Notes: generated by a model not told the origin, from the letters alone. 64,000 nucleotides of DNA from Fibrobacterales bacterium (GCA_051532035.1 JAOPTW010000027.1:125906-189905); one strand, 5' to 3'. Counted from the first letter of the stretch, positions 39,949-50,442 are shown. Made by a program: numbers and translations.

Positions 39949-40650
39949 ATGAGCGACAGTACCAAGTTTACCATTCTTATCATTGAAGATGAAGCCCAAA
40001 TAGCAGAAGGTTTAGTTGATCTCTTCCAATTCAAAGGGTACGAAGCAGATGTAGCCCAAGATGGTGAATTAGGTCTAACAATGGCTCTTTCAGGAAAATA
40101 TGACCTTATTATTCTCGATCTTATGCTCCCTAAAATGGATGGATTTACCGTATGTAATAAAATTCGTGAGCAGACTCGTGAACTCCCTATTATTATTCTC
40201 TCAGCAAAAGCTTCTGAAGAAGACATTGTTAACGGACTCACACTCGGTGCAGACGACTATATCAATAAACCTTTTTCTGTAGGCCCTCTCTTTGCACGCG
40301 TAGAAGCAGTGCTTCGTAGAAGTAGAAAGATTCTTGAAAAAGACAATTTTCTTGTACTCGACACCATGACTATCGATTTTAAAATGCTTCAAGGTGATAG
40401 CGATGGCGAAAAAATCTATTTCACTCGTAAAGAGATAGAGATTCTTAAGCATCTAAACATCAATAAAAACAATGTTGTCTCTCGTACCGATCTTCTCCGT
40501 GAAGTTTGGGGATACGATGATCCAAGTACTATCGATACTCGCACCGTCGATATTCATATCACTAAACTGAGAAAGAAAATTGAACGCGACCCAGCATCAC
40601 CCAAATTCTTATTGACTCTCAGGGGCAAAGGATACCAACTCTGCGTTTAA
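39949..40650 (+). CDS. OmpR-family response regulator
   Basis: IIEDE, LDLMLPKMDG, GADDYINKPF, RTVDIHITKLRKKIE. Confidence 0.95.
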   Translation: MSDSTKFTILIIEDEAQIAEGLVDLFQFKGYEADVAQDGELGLTMALSGKYDLIILDLMLPKMDGFTVCNKIREQTRELPIIILSAKASEEDIVNGLTLGADDYINKPFSVGPLFARVEAVLRRSRKILEKDNFLVLDTMTIDFKMLQGDSDGEKIYFTRKEIEILKHLNINKNNVVSRTDLLREVWGYDDPSTIDTRTVDIHITKLRKKIERDPASPKFLLTLRGKGYQLCV

Positions 40651-40653
40651 TAC

Positions 40654-42270
40654 ATGCATAAGATAAAACTCTATTTTATCATATTTTTCCTCTCTATAAT
40701 AATTCCTTCGGGGGTGTTATTATATAATCTTGATACCCACATGGATGCGCTCTCTCTTGAGGTCCAGCGTGAAAAAGCCCAGCAAATCCCCCTACTTATC
40801 AATCAACGTATCGTTGAGGGGATTCAGAAGGAGTTCCACCGTTCTCCAAAGCAGTATCAAAAAGCATATCTCGGGGATACCGCACAAAGCCCAAGCCCTC
40901 TGACTGAATACCCGATACTTAATTTACAGTCAAGTATTGTTGGACACTTCCAGATATCACCTGCAAACGAATTTCACACACCGTTTTTTACCCCCGACCT
41001 CGATTCATCTGATTTTGACTTTGATCTCCGTCAGTCGGCCTATCTCAACCTTAAAGATATCGTGGAAACCCTCAAACTCTCCCAAAAATTTGAGGGAGAT
41101 CTGACCCTAGGCGCGCCGCGCACTATTCCTATTGGGGTGACCAACCGAAACCTAAGAATGAGCACCTTTAAAACACTCTCGCACCACAACCACATCGCCT
41201 ACTACCGTACGGTAAAATACGGCCACTTCACCTACATCCAAGGCTTCGTGATTGACGCCACTATTTACCTCAAGAAATCCATTGATTTTACACTGAAACA
41301 CGCATTTCCCTCTTCTATTTTTGATATCCAATTCTACTCGGGTGAAACTACTATTCTCGATATAGAACACATTGAAGAGTCGGCAGAAGACGCCATACTT
41401 CTTATCAGAAAGCCAGTCTCTCGCATGATACCAGGTATTGATGTAGTTGTATATCCAGTAAATCACAACCCATACAGTAGTAATTGGCTTGTTCTCTTTT
41501 GGGGCCTCCTTGTATCACTCCTACTCATTGGCGGTCTCTTTAGTGTCTACCGTCTTATGAGTGACCAAATTGCACTCTCTAAAAAACGTGCCGATTTTAT
41601 TTCAGCTATAAGTCACGAATTTAAAACACCCCTCACCTCGATTCAAATGTATAGTGAAATGCTTGAAGAGGGCTGGGTAACCGACACCGCAAAAATAAAG
41701 CACTACTCCCACCTTATAACCTCAGAATCAAATAGACTTTCCCGACTCATCACCAACATTCTGACACTCTCAAACTTTGAACACAATCAATGGCCCATTA
41801 ATCCTGAGCCAACTAATGTTACCGACGCTCTACAAGCCTTTATGGACAAATACAAAAGCACCGTTGAAGAACGCGGATTTATTGTAGAGGTATACTCAAC
41901 ACCGACAGCCTATAAATACCAAATTGATCAAGAGGCGCTCTTTCATGTTCTGCTTAACCTTGCAGAGAACGCTATTAAGTTTTCATACTCATCAGAGATC
42001 AAAAAGCTTATTTTTTCCCTCGACCACAAAGATGGTGACGTCTATCTCAGCATTCGGGACTTTGGTCCTGGGGTTCCCAAGAAAGATATTAGTAAAATAT
42101 TTGATGACTTCTATAGAGTAGAGAGTGAAATGACCCGTACAACAAAAGGTACAGGCATAGGACTCTCTCTTGTGAAACATCTCTGTAGAGCTATGGATAT
42201 TCAGCTTTTAGCACAAAACAGCAATCCAGGCCTTACTATCACACTCATTTTTAGATTTGGTGAACTGTAA
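40654..42270 (+). CDS. sensor histidine kinase
   Basis: Two TMs, SHEFKTPLTSI, NLAENAIKF, DFGPG, GTGIGLSLV. Confidence 0.95.
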   Translation: MHKIKLYFIIFFLSIIIPSGVLLYNLDTHMDALSLEVQREKAQQIPLLINQRIVEGIQKEFHRSPKQYQKAYLGDTAQSPSPLTEYPILNLQSSIVGHFQISPANEFHTPFFTPDLDSSDFDFDLRQSAYLNLKDIVETLKLSQKFEGDLTLGAPRTIPIGVTNRNLRMSTFKTLSHHNHIAYYRTVKYGHFTYIQGFVIDATIYLKKSIDFTLKHAFPSSIFDIQFYSGETTILDIEHIEESAEDAILLIRKPVSRMIPGIDVVVYPVNHNPYSSNWLVLFWGLLVSLLLIGGLFSVYRLMSDQIALSKKRADFISAISHEFKTPLTSIQMYSEMLEEGWVTDTAKIKHYSHLITSESNRLSRLITNILTLSNFEHNQWPINPEPTNVTDALQAFMDKYKSTVEERGFIVEVYSTPTAYKYQIDQEALFHVLLNLAENAIKFSYSSEIKKLIFSLDHKDGDVYLSIRDFGPGVPKKDISKIFDDFYRVESEMTRTTKGTGIGLSLVKHLCRAMDIQLLAQNSNPGLTITLIFRFGEL

Positions 42271-42284
42271 CGATTCAAACACCG

Positions 42285-43142
42285 TTACAGAACAATAAAG
42301 TGAAACTGTGGTACCTCTTTTAGAAGACCTAACGATACGGATTCAGCATAAAATTCACTGAGTGATCTCCAGTGTTCCTCTTCAAGCCTATAGACCATCG
42401 CATCAAAATACTCTTCAAGTACAGCATCAGGAAGTACAAGAGGAAAATGCCCTCTCCAAATATGTATAGCTTTTTGCCGGTTTTTATAAAACCCCATGTA
42501 ACTCGACTCTACTGAGTGTAAAAACTTCTGCAGTCGTCTGTGTAATGCTGCTGATAGATCATTACGCATAATCCATAGTCCAAATACAAAAGGAGCTCCC
42601 TTCCAACTCAGCCACTCATCGGCCAAGTCAAACTGAAGCACTCCCTCCTGTTTACCCACAACCATTTCAAGGGCTGCATCACCAATACGAAGCTCTGCAT
42701 CATAGGCCTCTCCACTTTTCAGCGGTACAAAAGCGGGAGTCACCTTATATTTTTTTGCACATAAGATTTTAAGGAGCACCACCGAAGTCTCTGAATCTGG
42801 GGTGACTCCAATGATTTTTCCACTCAGTTCTTCCCAAGAGAACTGAGAAAATAGCACGACAGAAAGCACCTCTTTGCGTGCAGATATTCCAAGATATGGG
42901 TGAAGAAGATACCGAGAAGGGTCTCTGGCATATGCTATCGATGAAGAGGGAGCTACATCTATTTTCCCTTCACTCAGCAACTTATTTAAACTCGAAGGCA
43001 CTCCATCCACATAAGATATCGCTTCATTACCTGCAAGGAGTTCCCAAAAAAAAGGTACCACATTACAAAAACTGAGCCTTCCTACCTGTAATATAGGCCG
43101 ACTACCCCCATATATCTTATTTTTTTGAGCTGAAATAGCCAT
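42285..43142 (-). CDS. mqnA: chorismate dehydratase (futalosine menaquinone pathway)
   Basis: F.NV.P, PS.LN, SETSVVLL, IGDAAL, DLADEW, PFVFGLW. Confidence 0.85.
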   Translation of the reverse strand: MAISAQKNKIYGGSRPILQVGRLSFCNVVPFFWELLAGNEAISYVDGVPSSLNKLLSEGKIDVAPSSSIAYARDPSRYLLHPYLGISARKEVLSVVLFSQFSWEELSGKIIGVTPDSETSVVLLKILCAKKYKVTPAFVPLKSGEAYDAELRIGDAALEMVVGKQEGVLQFDLADEWLSWKGAPFVFGLWIMRNDLSAALHRRLQKFLHSVESSYMGFYKNRQKAIHIWRGHFPLVLPDAVLEEYFDAMVYRLEEEHWRSLSEFYAESVSLGLLKEVPQFHFIVL

Positions 43143-43299
43143 ATGTTATGTGATTTTCTCTTTTGTTGCTTTTAAGAAGCAGTTATTTTCTTATATTTAT
43201 CAAAGATAAATAATAATTCTATTTATCGCATAACTCACTATGCTCTTACAATGCTGAAAAGTTTGAGAGCTCATGTACAACTGTAATTAAGTGTGATAG

Positions 43300-43584
43300 A
43301 TGCCAAGATTTAAAGTTAAGAAAACATCGTTAATGGAAGACCAAAAAGGTGTTGTATTCAAAGGCAAAGTAATTGAAGGACCCATCAACAAAGGTATGAC
43401 CGTTGATATCCCCATTACTGAAGCTGCAACGATTTCTATGAAGGTTTTCGATATAATTCACTTTGAGAAACAGAAAGATGAAGACAAAAAAATTGGTCTC
43501 GTGATCGATTTTGCCCAAGAGCCGGAAGCTCTCGAAATTGTTCTTAATCTCAATATTTCAAACGAAATTCTCGAAGCACGTTAA
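43300..43584 (+). CDS. small hypothetical protein, EF-Tu domain-II-like beta-barrel
   Basis: GVVFKGKVIEGPINKGMTV resembles G.V..G.V..G.I..G..V; fold assignment tentative. Confidence 0.5.
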   Translation: MPRFKVKKTSLMEDQKGVVFKGKVIEGPINKGMTVDIPITEAATISMKVFDIIHFEKQKDEDKKIGLVIDFAQEPEALEIVLNLNISNEILEAR

Positions 43585-43757
43585 TCCCTCCAAACCTAAA
43601 GCAAATCTTAATCCTACTCCAATTACTGGTTTAGGATTGTTTTGGTTTCCCCCAATTATCTTAATAAACACCCATATTTACAATAATTCCACTAACTATC
43701 ACTCTATTTATATCCGATAGACTAAAAGAGAAAACTCTATGATATACTTAGAATATA

Positions 43758-46679
43758 GTGGTAATTTATAACAATATACGAAGGGCAGCATTAATTTCGC
43801 TGGTACTCCTGGATTCGCTCTGCTCGAATCCTGTTGAAGGACTTTTTGAATTTACCGAAGATAGCTACAGTGGCACAGCCGCCCTCCAATTTCTAAAACT
43901 CCCCTCAGGAGCACGCCCTCTTGGTATGGGGGGCAATATCGCTGCAATAGATATACAACCCACCGCTATCCACTGGAACCCTGCAGCTATTGCCGACATC
44001 TATAGCTACTGGTCAACACTCTCACATACGGAAATTTTTGGCGAATGGCGCCATGAATATATTGCAACTACTGTTCCCTCACCCTTCTCTACAGGCACCT
44101 TTGGTTTTGCTGGTTCAGTCCTCATGACGACCCCTTTCACAAACTCCCGTGATATATATGAAGAGAAAAACAGCTTTTACGCTACAGATGTTGCCCTCTC
44201 TGCTGGGTATGGCTGGTATCTCATTCCCGAAATTTTTTCTATGGGGGTGACGGGCTCTTTCTTAGCAAGTCTTATTGATAGCTATTCGGGTATTACAGGC
44301 TCTCTCGATATAAGTGCACGGGGGAAACTTATCTATGGTATGTACAGTTCAGTGAGCCTCAACAACCTCTCCCCTGGTATAACTTACAACAGCAGTACTG
44401 ATGAAGGAGCCAAACTCCCTACGGCATTCCAGTGGAGCGCTGGTAAGCCCCTCACAAAGCTCCCTGGCTCACTCCCTTTTGCATGGAGCATTGGTTATAC
44501 TAAAACCAACGATGGATACCAGGTCGCACAAGGCGGCTTAGAGCTTGCCTTTCTTGATCGATCGGTCTTTGCCCGCGGTGGATACGAATACAGCATATTT
44601 GATACTGAACTCGACTGGACTCGAGGAATTTCAATAGGTGCAGGATTTATTATCAACTCTCTTACCGTAGACTATGGATTTAAAATGATAGGTGAGCTGG
44701 GCAACTACCATTCTCTCAGCATTAACTTTGCCGATGTTCCAAAAACAGAACGCACTCCCAAAAACTGGCTCGAAATGGCCCAAGAGGCCTTTGGAAAAGG
44801 GCGCTGTCCCGACGCAACAACCTATGCAAAAAACCACTACAAACAACACCCAGCGAATCTCGAAGCCCTTACCATTATACAACGCTGTGGACATATCGCC
44901 CGAGAAGAAGCAGGCATGTATGTGAATCTTGTCTTTACTGCTAATGCCCTCGGCCGTATTAGCCCAGTCTGGATTGACGAATCTCCTGTTGGCGGTCTCT
45001 CACGCAGAGCAACCTTCTTTAATACCGAACAAAAACGGTTCCCCCAAACGCTCCTTCTTGACGCTGGCAATATTTTCGATTCAACCGATACTCAACTTCA
45101 ATCGGCTAATAACGTACTCGCTCATGGCTATGATTACTTAGGTTATCATTCTCTTAACCTTGGCCATAGAGAATTATCCCATGTGAGTCGCAACAAAATG
45201 AGTATACAACTTCCTTGGATTCAAAGTCAAAAAGGTGAAGCTATAGACCCTACTATTGAGAAGGAAACCTTTTATACTTTTAATGGCTTTACCATTGCTG
45301 TTGTTGGGCTTATCTCTGGACAAAACAGCGAACAGCTCCCCCACTATATCGAATCATTTAACCGCATAAGAGCAGGGTGGAGCAGCAGGCCTCACCTTAT
45401 TGTTGCCTTACTCGATGGCACTCTTAAAGAGGCTGAGTATCTTTCACTTTCAGCCGCTCAGGTTGATGTAATTATTGTGTCCGGTGGTGAAGAGATGCTA
45501 GAGCGCCCTATCAAAATAAACAAAACTCTTATTGTCTGCCCGGGAACTCTTGGTACTCATGTGGGTGAACTCACCCTCTATTTTAATGAACAAAAAGAAG
45601 TTGATTCTCATAAACATAGACTTGTTGGGCTCAATGCTGATATTCAATCCGATGTCACCCTCGCACAACTCCTCAACGAAACATTGGATTATGTGTCTGA
45701 CCAAAACAACGAATCAGTAGTCGACCAATACGATTACAAAAACTTCATCTATCAATTGAGCACCGAAACTGACTCAACAATACTCTATATCCATGAAGCG
45801 GAAAAAAACTATAATTTTCAAATTACACCTCCGGGGATTTACACAAACATAGCCCTTGCTCCTTCACAATCAAAATTTTCTTACATCACCCATACCAATG
45901 GCGTCGACACCCTCTTTATTAAAAATAGTGGCGACTCTACTACAACCACAATAAAAACCGATGGAAGTCCTATACATCATGTTGAATGGGATGCTCTCGA
46001 AAACTGGATTTACTTCACTCAAAAAGTGAGTCACACAATCAGCGATCTCTACCGGGTAACCTCCCTTGGTTATGACAAAATTAACCTTTCAACAGGTCGC
46101 TATGGTTCCGTAAGACGTTTTGATATAGCCCCTAACGGGAGGCACCTTGCCTACGAATCCTACACCGCCCCATTTACGACACTCTATCATTCAGCAATGG
46201 GTCTTGGACGCCCTGCACCATTTTCACGAACCAACACCCATGCATCACGCCCTCAATATAGCCCAGACAGTAAAAAAGTCGCCTTTATGGAGCGCTCAGA
46301 CATCGTCAATGGCAACGACACCCTCTTTAATGTACTGTACTGGGATATCGATTTAGATACCCTCTATACTGTTTGCGAAAGCAAGCATGTTAAAGACTTT
46401 AGCTGGAATAGAGACGGGACTGAAATTCTATTCTCATCGGGCATTAATATAACCGATATCAACATTTTTTCACTCCCCACCGAACGCACTCGAAAACTCA
46501 ATACAACTCCCGTAATAGGGAGTGAAACCGAGCCATCTCCCTATCATTATCTCGATCAAGAGGGCATTATATATAGCTATCAAGAGGGTAAAAAGAGCTC
46601 CATCTACTGGCAATCTCTCAAGGATGGTAAAATATATAACCTGATAGATAATTCAGGAAACAACCACCGAGTACCATAG
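43758..46679 (+). CDS. PorV/PorQ(UPF0164)-family barrel fused to TPR, degenerate metallophosphoesterase and TolB-like propeller domains
   Basis: FLKLPSGARPLGMG...WNPA; GGLSRRAT, LLDAGN; DIAPNG, YSPDSKK, WNRDG propeller repeats. Confidence 0.75.
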   Translation: MVIYNNIRRAALISLVLLDSLCSNPVEGLFEFTEDSYSGTAALQFLKLPSGARPLGMGGNIAAIDIQPTAIHWNPAAIADIYSYWSTLSHTEIFGEWRHEYIATTVPSPFSTGTFGFAGSVLMTTPFTNSRDIYEEKNSFYATDVALSAGYGWYLIPEIFSMGVTGSFLASLIDSYSGITGSLDISARGKLIYGMYSSVSLNNLSPGITYNSSTDEGAKLPTAFQWSAGKPLTKLPGSLPFAWSIGYTKTNDGYQVAQGGLELAFLDRSVFARGGYEYSIFDTELDWTRGISIGAGFIINSLTVDYGFKMIGELGNYHSLSINFADVPKTERTPKNWLEMAQEAFGKGRCPDATTYAKNHYKQHPANLEALTIIQRCGHIAREEAGMYVNLVFTANALGRISPVWIDESPVGGLSRRATFFNTEQKRFPQTLLLDAGNIFDSTDTQLQSANNVLAHGYDYLGYHSLNLGHRELSHVSRNKMSIQLPWIQSQKGEAIDPTIEKETFYTFNGFTIAVVGLISGQNSEQLPHYIESFNRIRAGWSSRPHLIVALLDGTLKEAEYLSLSAAQVDVIIVSGGEEMLERPIKINKTLIVCPGTLGTHVGELTLYFNEQKEVDSHKHRLVGLNADIQSDVTLAQLLNETLDYVSDQNNESVVDQYDYKNFIYQLSTETDSTILYIHEAEKNYNFQITPPGIYTNIALAPSQSKFSYITHTNGVDTLFIKNSGDSTTTTIKTDGSPIHHVEWDALENWIYFTQKVSHTISDLYRVTSLGYDKINLSTGRYGSVRRFDIAPNGRHLAYESYTAPFTTLYHSAMGLGRPAPFSRTNTHASRPQYSPDSKKVAFMERSDIVNGNDTLFNVLYWDIDLDTLYTVCESKHVKDFSWNRDGTEILFSSGINITDINIFSLPTERTRKLNTTPVIGSETEPSPYHYLDQEGIIYSYQEGKKSSIYWQSLKDGKIYNLIDNSGNNHRVP

Positions 46680-46719
46680 CACAACAATAGTTAGAAAAAG
46701 AGATATTCACTCCTCAAGG

Positions 46720-46747
46720 GTTACCCCTTTTATTATTTTTCGTCTAA
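46720..46747 (+). promoter_or_regulatory. candidate ECF promoter (GTTAC-N16-CGTCTAA)
   Basis: Same spacing and near-identical motif to the site upstream of the ECF sigma gene. Confidence 0.4.
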
Positions 46748-46765
46748 TATCTGTTAGGAGCTCCA

Positions 46766-47446
46766 ATGAAATTTGTTTTGTACGCCACACTTTTACTCTG
46801 CCTGTATTCTCTCGGGTTTGCAGAAACCCCTTACATCACCGTTACCGGTGAATCAGAAGAGCAACTAGAACCTCAATATGCCAGAATTTCAGGGCAACTC
46901 AAGACAGTACACCCCTCAATGGAAAAAAGTCACTCACGACTTATTAAAAAAATAAAGCTTCTCAACAAACACTTACTCGATGCCGGAATTTCCGGGAATG
47001 ATCTCGAAAAGTCAAATGTAAGACAAGGAGTTACTCGCGAGTGGAAGAAGAAAGAACGTGTAATTAGTGGCTACTTTTCATCAGTGCAAGTGGATATTAC
47101 CGTTTCCAACTTAAATGACCTTCAAAAGGTCTATAAAGCCCTCTCAAAAATTGAAGATTTTTCCATCACCAACACCCAATACCGTCGCTTTGACTTAGAA
47201 GAACAACAAATAAAGCAAGCGGAAAAGGCATTGAAAAAAGCCAAGACTAAAGCATTTCGAATGGCACGGACCCTAGGGTCCTCAATTGGCTCACCACTTC
47301 GTATTTCCGAAACAGGCACCCACCAACCTCGACCCATGATTAAAACAATGTCGGCTCTCCATGCCGATGTCGGGGCACGTCAAGAAGATTTTTCTGGATA
47401 TTTAATTGTACGCTCTGTCGTACAGGTCGATTTTTTGCTTAAATAG
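46766..47446 (+). CDS. SIMPL (DUF541/YggE-like) periplasmic protein
   Basis: Signal peptide, ITVTGE, AL.KAK.KA..MA..LG..IG.PL.ISE, C-terminal V.V.F. Confidence 0.88.
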   Translation: MKFVLYATLLLCLYSLGFAETPYITVTGESEEQLEPQYARISGQLKTVHPSMEKSHSRLIKKIKLLNKHLLDAGISGNDLEKSNVRQGVTREWKKKERVISGYFSSVQVDITVSNLNDLQKVYKALSKIEDFSITNTQYRRFDLEEQQIKQAEKALKKAKTKAFRMARTLGSSIGSPLRISETGTHQPRPMIKTMSALHADVGARQEDFSGYLIVRSVVQVDFLLK

Positions 47447-47524
47447 GCTCGTGTTACTCTTCCTCCTCTTCTAAAATCTATTTTAATAGAAGAGGTCGAT
47501 ACACACACCTCGAAGGAGTAAAAA

Positions 47525-47599
47525 ATGGTAACACTTTTTAATATTGTTGTTATCGCGATAATACTAACTGCCCTCTATATTGGCACTCAAGTATTTTAG
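47525..47599 (+). CDS. putative 24-aa single-TM small protein (MVTLFNIVVIAIILTALYIGTQVF)
   Basis: Strong GAAGGAG RBS, fully hydrophobic ORF in an intergenic gap; not in the ORF track. Confidence 0.5.
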   Translation: MVTLFNIVVIAIILTALYIGTQVF

Positions 47600-47649
47600 T
47601 GTACAGAAGCGCTATTCACCAACGCTTTGATACTGTCAAGAAACAGTAG

Positions 47650-48147
47650 TTAAGATAGTGAGTATTTAATCATATCTTGAAGTACAATCTGAGGGCGATT
47701 AGCCTCTCCTATTTGGTATTTTTGGGCGGCATCTATTAATGAATCTTTGTCTATCCCAAAACGGCTCATATCTGATTCTAAAAGGTAATTGGTTCCATTA
47801 ATGAGAAGCATATCTCGCCCTTTTACCTCTCCACGGTCGTGTTTTAATGTTGAGATCGCAAGTTGAATTAATCCTTTGAGGCCATCATATGTTTGACTTC
47901 CCCTTGCTTCTAACCTCCAAAGCCCTTCAATGAGCTCATGGGTTTCCCAATAATAACCAGCATTGAATAGATCGACACCATAAAGATAGTGCTTGTTTTG
48001 CCTCCAATCAAAATCTTCATTAGTTAATGCTGTTGGCTCACCAAGGCTTTCATCAATTGCTTTTATAGCGCGTTTAATTTCAGGATGTGGCTCAATCCTA
48101 TGGTCATCATATTTAGGAGGAAAAGGAGTCGTGGTATAACGGCTCAT
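47650..48147 (-). CDS. DUF309 domain protein
   Basis: GVDLFNAGYYWETHELIEGLW, LKGLIQLA; TAATG coupling to the upstream gene. Confidence 0.85.
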   Translation of the reverse strand: MSRYTTTPFPPKYDDHRIEPHPEIKRAIKAIDESLGEPTALTNEDFDWRQNKHYLYGVDLFNAGYYWETHELIEGLWRLEARGSQTYDGLKGLIQLAISTLKHDRGEVKGRDMLLINGTNYLLESDMSRFGIDKDSLIDAAQKYQIGEANRPQIVLQDMIKYSLS

Positions 48148-49382
48148 TACAGCGTTCCCTTGATCCACTCTGCCACTGCACCATACACTTTTTGAGTATA
48201 CTCAATATGATTCCGGTCTATGCTACTCATTGTTTCTGGGTTGTTCCAATACGTGGTTAAAAATGCCGCATTCTCATCTGCTTGTGGATTTTCGAGGTTT
48301 TCAACCTTTACCGACTCATAGCCAAATTCTTCAGGAGTAAAAACACGTTTCTCTTTAGCGACATCTCCATAGGCATCTCTATAGGCAATCGTGATGTGGA
48401 CGCCCCGTGCAAAAGAAGGGGTAAGCCCTCCCTCAAGACCCTTAAACACACCAACTGCGACAGAATATCCCTGCTCTATTGCAACATCTAAAATCATCTC
48501 GGAGTATCGACCATGAAAGGATGAGAAGAGACCGATTTTTGTCCCAAATGGATTAATCATCTTCTCTATGGTTGCAAGAAAAGGGCGCTTTTTAATTTCA
48601 CGGCGAATACGCTGATATTTTGTCAATGCAGGAAAAAGGTCATTTTGGTTTACATACAGCCCCGTCTCGGGTATTGGCATATCTTTTACAATACCCATGT
48701 AGAATGACCGATCGAGTGCTTTACCCAGTCCAAGAAGATTATTACCAAACTTTGGTCCAGCACTCTCACCACACATACAGAGTGCCTTAAAGCCTGCCTT
48801 GTTGAGCTCTTCAATAATTATGGGGGTAAGGAGGAAGCTACGATTAGTACCATCAAACGGTTCCGCAAGTTGAATCACATTGTCATCGGTTACCTTACGT
48901 GATTCAGGGAGTCCATCAACCTTCTCAACAGCTTCAATAAGCCCCACATACTCTTCTGTCGTCTCGTACTTAATCCGTAATACCGAAGCAAAAAAACCAC
49001 GAATAAAATCATTCTTGGTTGTCATAAGATACTCACCAAGAATACGCGTTTCGTTGCGGCTCAGGTCCATTTTATCGAGAAGGCTTTTTCCAAAACCTTG
49101 AATCTCTACGGGTGTATCATTGAGAAAGTAGTTAATAAAAACAGAGGATGAACGGAGACAATTTGTTACGCCCACAGACTCTAATCGAATTTCTTCGGAA
49201 GAGGGATGCTTAAAAAAAAGTGCACCCAGAAACGCCCCCTGTATAGACTTTGGAACGAGCCCTTCTTGGATTTCATTAATAATAGAATCTACAAGCTCAG
49301 GTGTACAATCAGTACATCTCTTACCTGTTCCAATATTTTGAATCCCCTCTTCAATAGCGGGTGCAATAACACTACTCTCCAC
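48147..49382 (-). CDS. anthranilate phosphoribosyltransferase-like (YbiB-like) protein
   Basis: IGTGKR, GAFLGAL, EPFDG..RS, GPKFG, KRPFLATIEK, GLEG; GTG start behind GGGG. Confidence 0.65.
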   Translation of the reverse strand: MESSVIAPAIEEGIQNIGTGKRCTDCTPELVDSIINEIQEGLVPKSIQGAFLGALFFKHPSSEEIRLESVGVTNCLRSSSVFINYFLNDTPVEIQGFGKSLLDKMDLSRNETRILGEYLMTTKNDFIRGFFASVLRIKYETTEEYVGLIEAVEKVDGLPESRKVTDDNVIQLAEPFDGTNRSFLLTPIIIEELNKAGFKALCMCGESAGPKFGNNLLGLGKALDRSFYMGIVKDMPIPETGLYVNQNDLFPALTKYQRIRREIKKRPFLATIEKMINPFGTKIGLFSSFHGRYSEMILDVAIEQGYSVAVGVFKGLEGGLTPSFARGVHITIAYRDAYGDVAKEKRVFTPEEFGYESVKVENLENPQADENAAFLTTYWNNPETMSSIDRNHIEYTQKVYGAVAEWIKGTL

Positions 49383-49513
49383 ACATTCCCCTTTGTTAAT
49401 GTTTTGCAAATGTCTTAATTAGATTAAAAGATAAGCTAATAGATTAGAATAGTAGAATGCAAAGTCTCTTTTTACACGAAAATCTCTACTTTAAACAATA
49501 CCGTTATTCTCTA

Positions 49514-50344
49514 TTACGACTCGGCGATTGCATACTTTTTTGAAGAGAGGGTTACAAACCCTTCCGAGATCATACCTACAACAATTGATTCAAAACGTTC
49601 ATCATTGCAAGGAAGCTCACTGACGAGATCTACTTCAGTAAGCGGACCTTTTTGTAACAGTACGCGAAGGATAGCTCCTCGAATCTCTCTATCCGAGCCT
49701 TTAAATTTAGACTGAACCACATGATGCCGACTCTTTTTAGCCGGGTTTTTAAAACGCTTTTTAAGGTCCGTTCCATAATCCATTATAGCAGAGTACCACT
49801 GCCTTGGGTTCTCTCTATCGAGACACTGTTCAATAATCGGTAAAAGTTCTTTATCATCAACGCTCTCTCGGTTTATGAAGAAATGGTGAATAAACACCGC
49901 ACGAATATTAGTTTCAATATAACTCACCGGTAAATTATATGCATACGCACAAATTGCAGAAGCCGTTGCAGGCCCAACCCCTGGAAGTGCTACGAGGCCC
50001 AATTCATCTTTTGGCATAACCCCACCCAACTCACTTACCACCATTTGTGCTGCACGCTGCAAAAACTGAGCACGCCTATTATAGCCAAGCCCCTGCCACT
50101 CACTTAAAAGGTCGGCTTTTGAGGCTGCTGCTAGTTTTTTAAGTGTAGGGAATTTTTTGAGAAACGATAAGTATTTATCAACAACACGATCAACTTGTGT
50201 CTGCTGGAGCATTATTTCGGAGACCATTATACAGTAGGGGTCCTCTGTCTGCCTCCAAGGAAGGTTAGAGCGCCCATGTTCAGTAAAAAACTGGTAGACT
50301 TTCTTTCGGAATGCTCGAACGGTATTGTGATGGAGTGATTGCAT
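49514..50344 (-). CDS. mutY: A/G-specific adenine glycosylase, lacking the Fe-S motif
   Basis: LPWR, VSEIMLQQTQV, WQGLGYNRRA, LPGVGP.TA; no CX6CX2CX5C. Confidence 0.88.
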   Translation of the reverse strand: MQSLHHNTVRAFRKKVYQFFTEHGRSNLPWRQTEDPYCIMVSEIMLQQTQVDRVVDKYLSFLKKFPTLKKLAAASKADLLSEWQGLGYNRRAQFLQRAAQMVVSELGGVMPKDELGLVALPGVGPATASAICAYAYNLPVSYIETNIRAVFIHHFFINRESVDDKELLPIIEQCLDRENPRQWYSAIMDYGTDLKKRFKNPAKKSRHHVVQSKFKGSDREIRGAILRVLLQKGPLTEVDLVSELPCNDERFESIVVGMISEGFVTLSSKKYAIAES

Positions 50345-50442
50345 AGCGCAAAAGTAACTAATTGTGAGATGAGAAGAAGGCCCTCCCGCACAGAGCCCCT
50401 TCTTCAACCACATTATTTCAACATTATAGTTTTATGGCTCTT

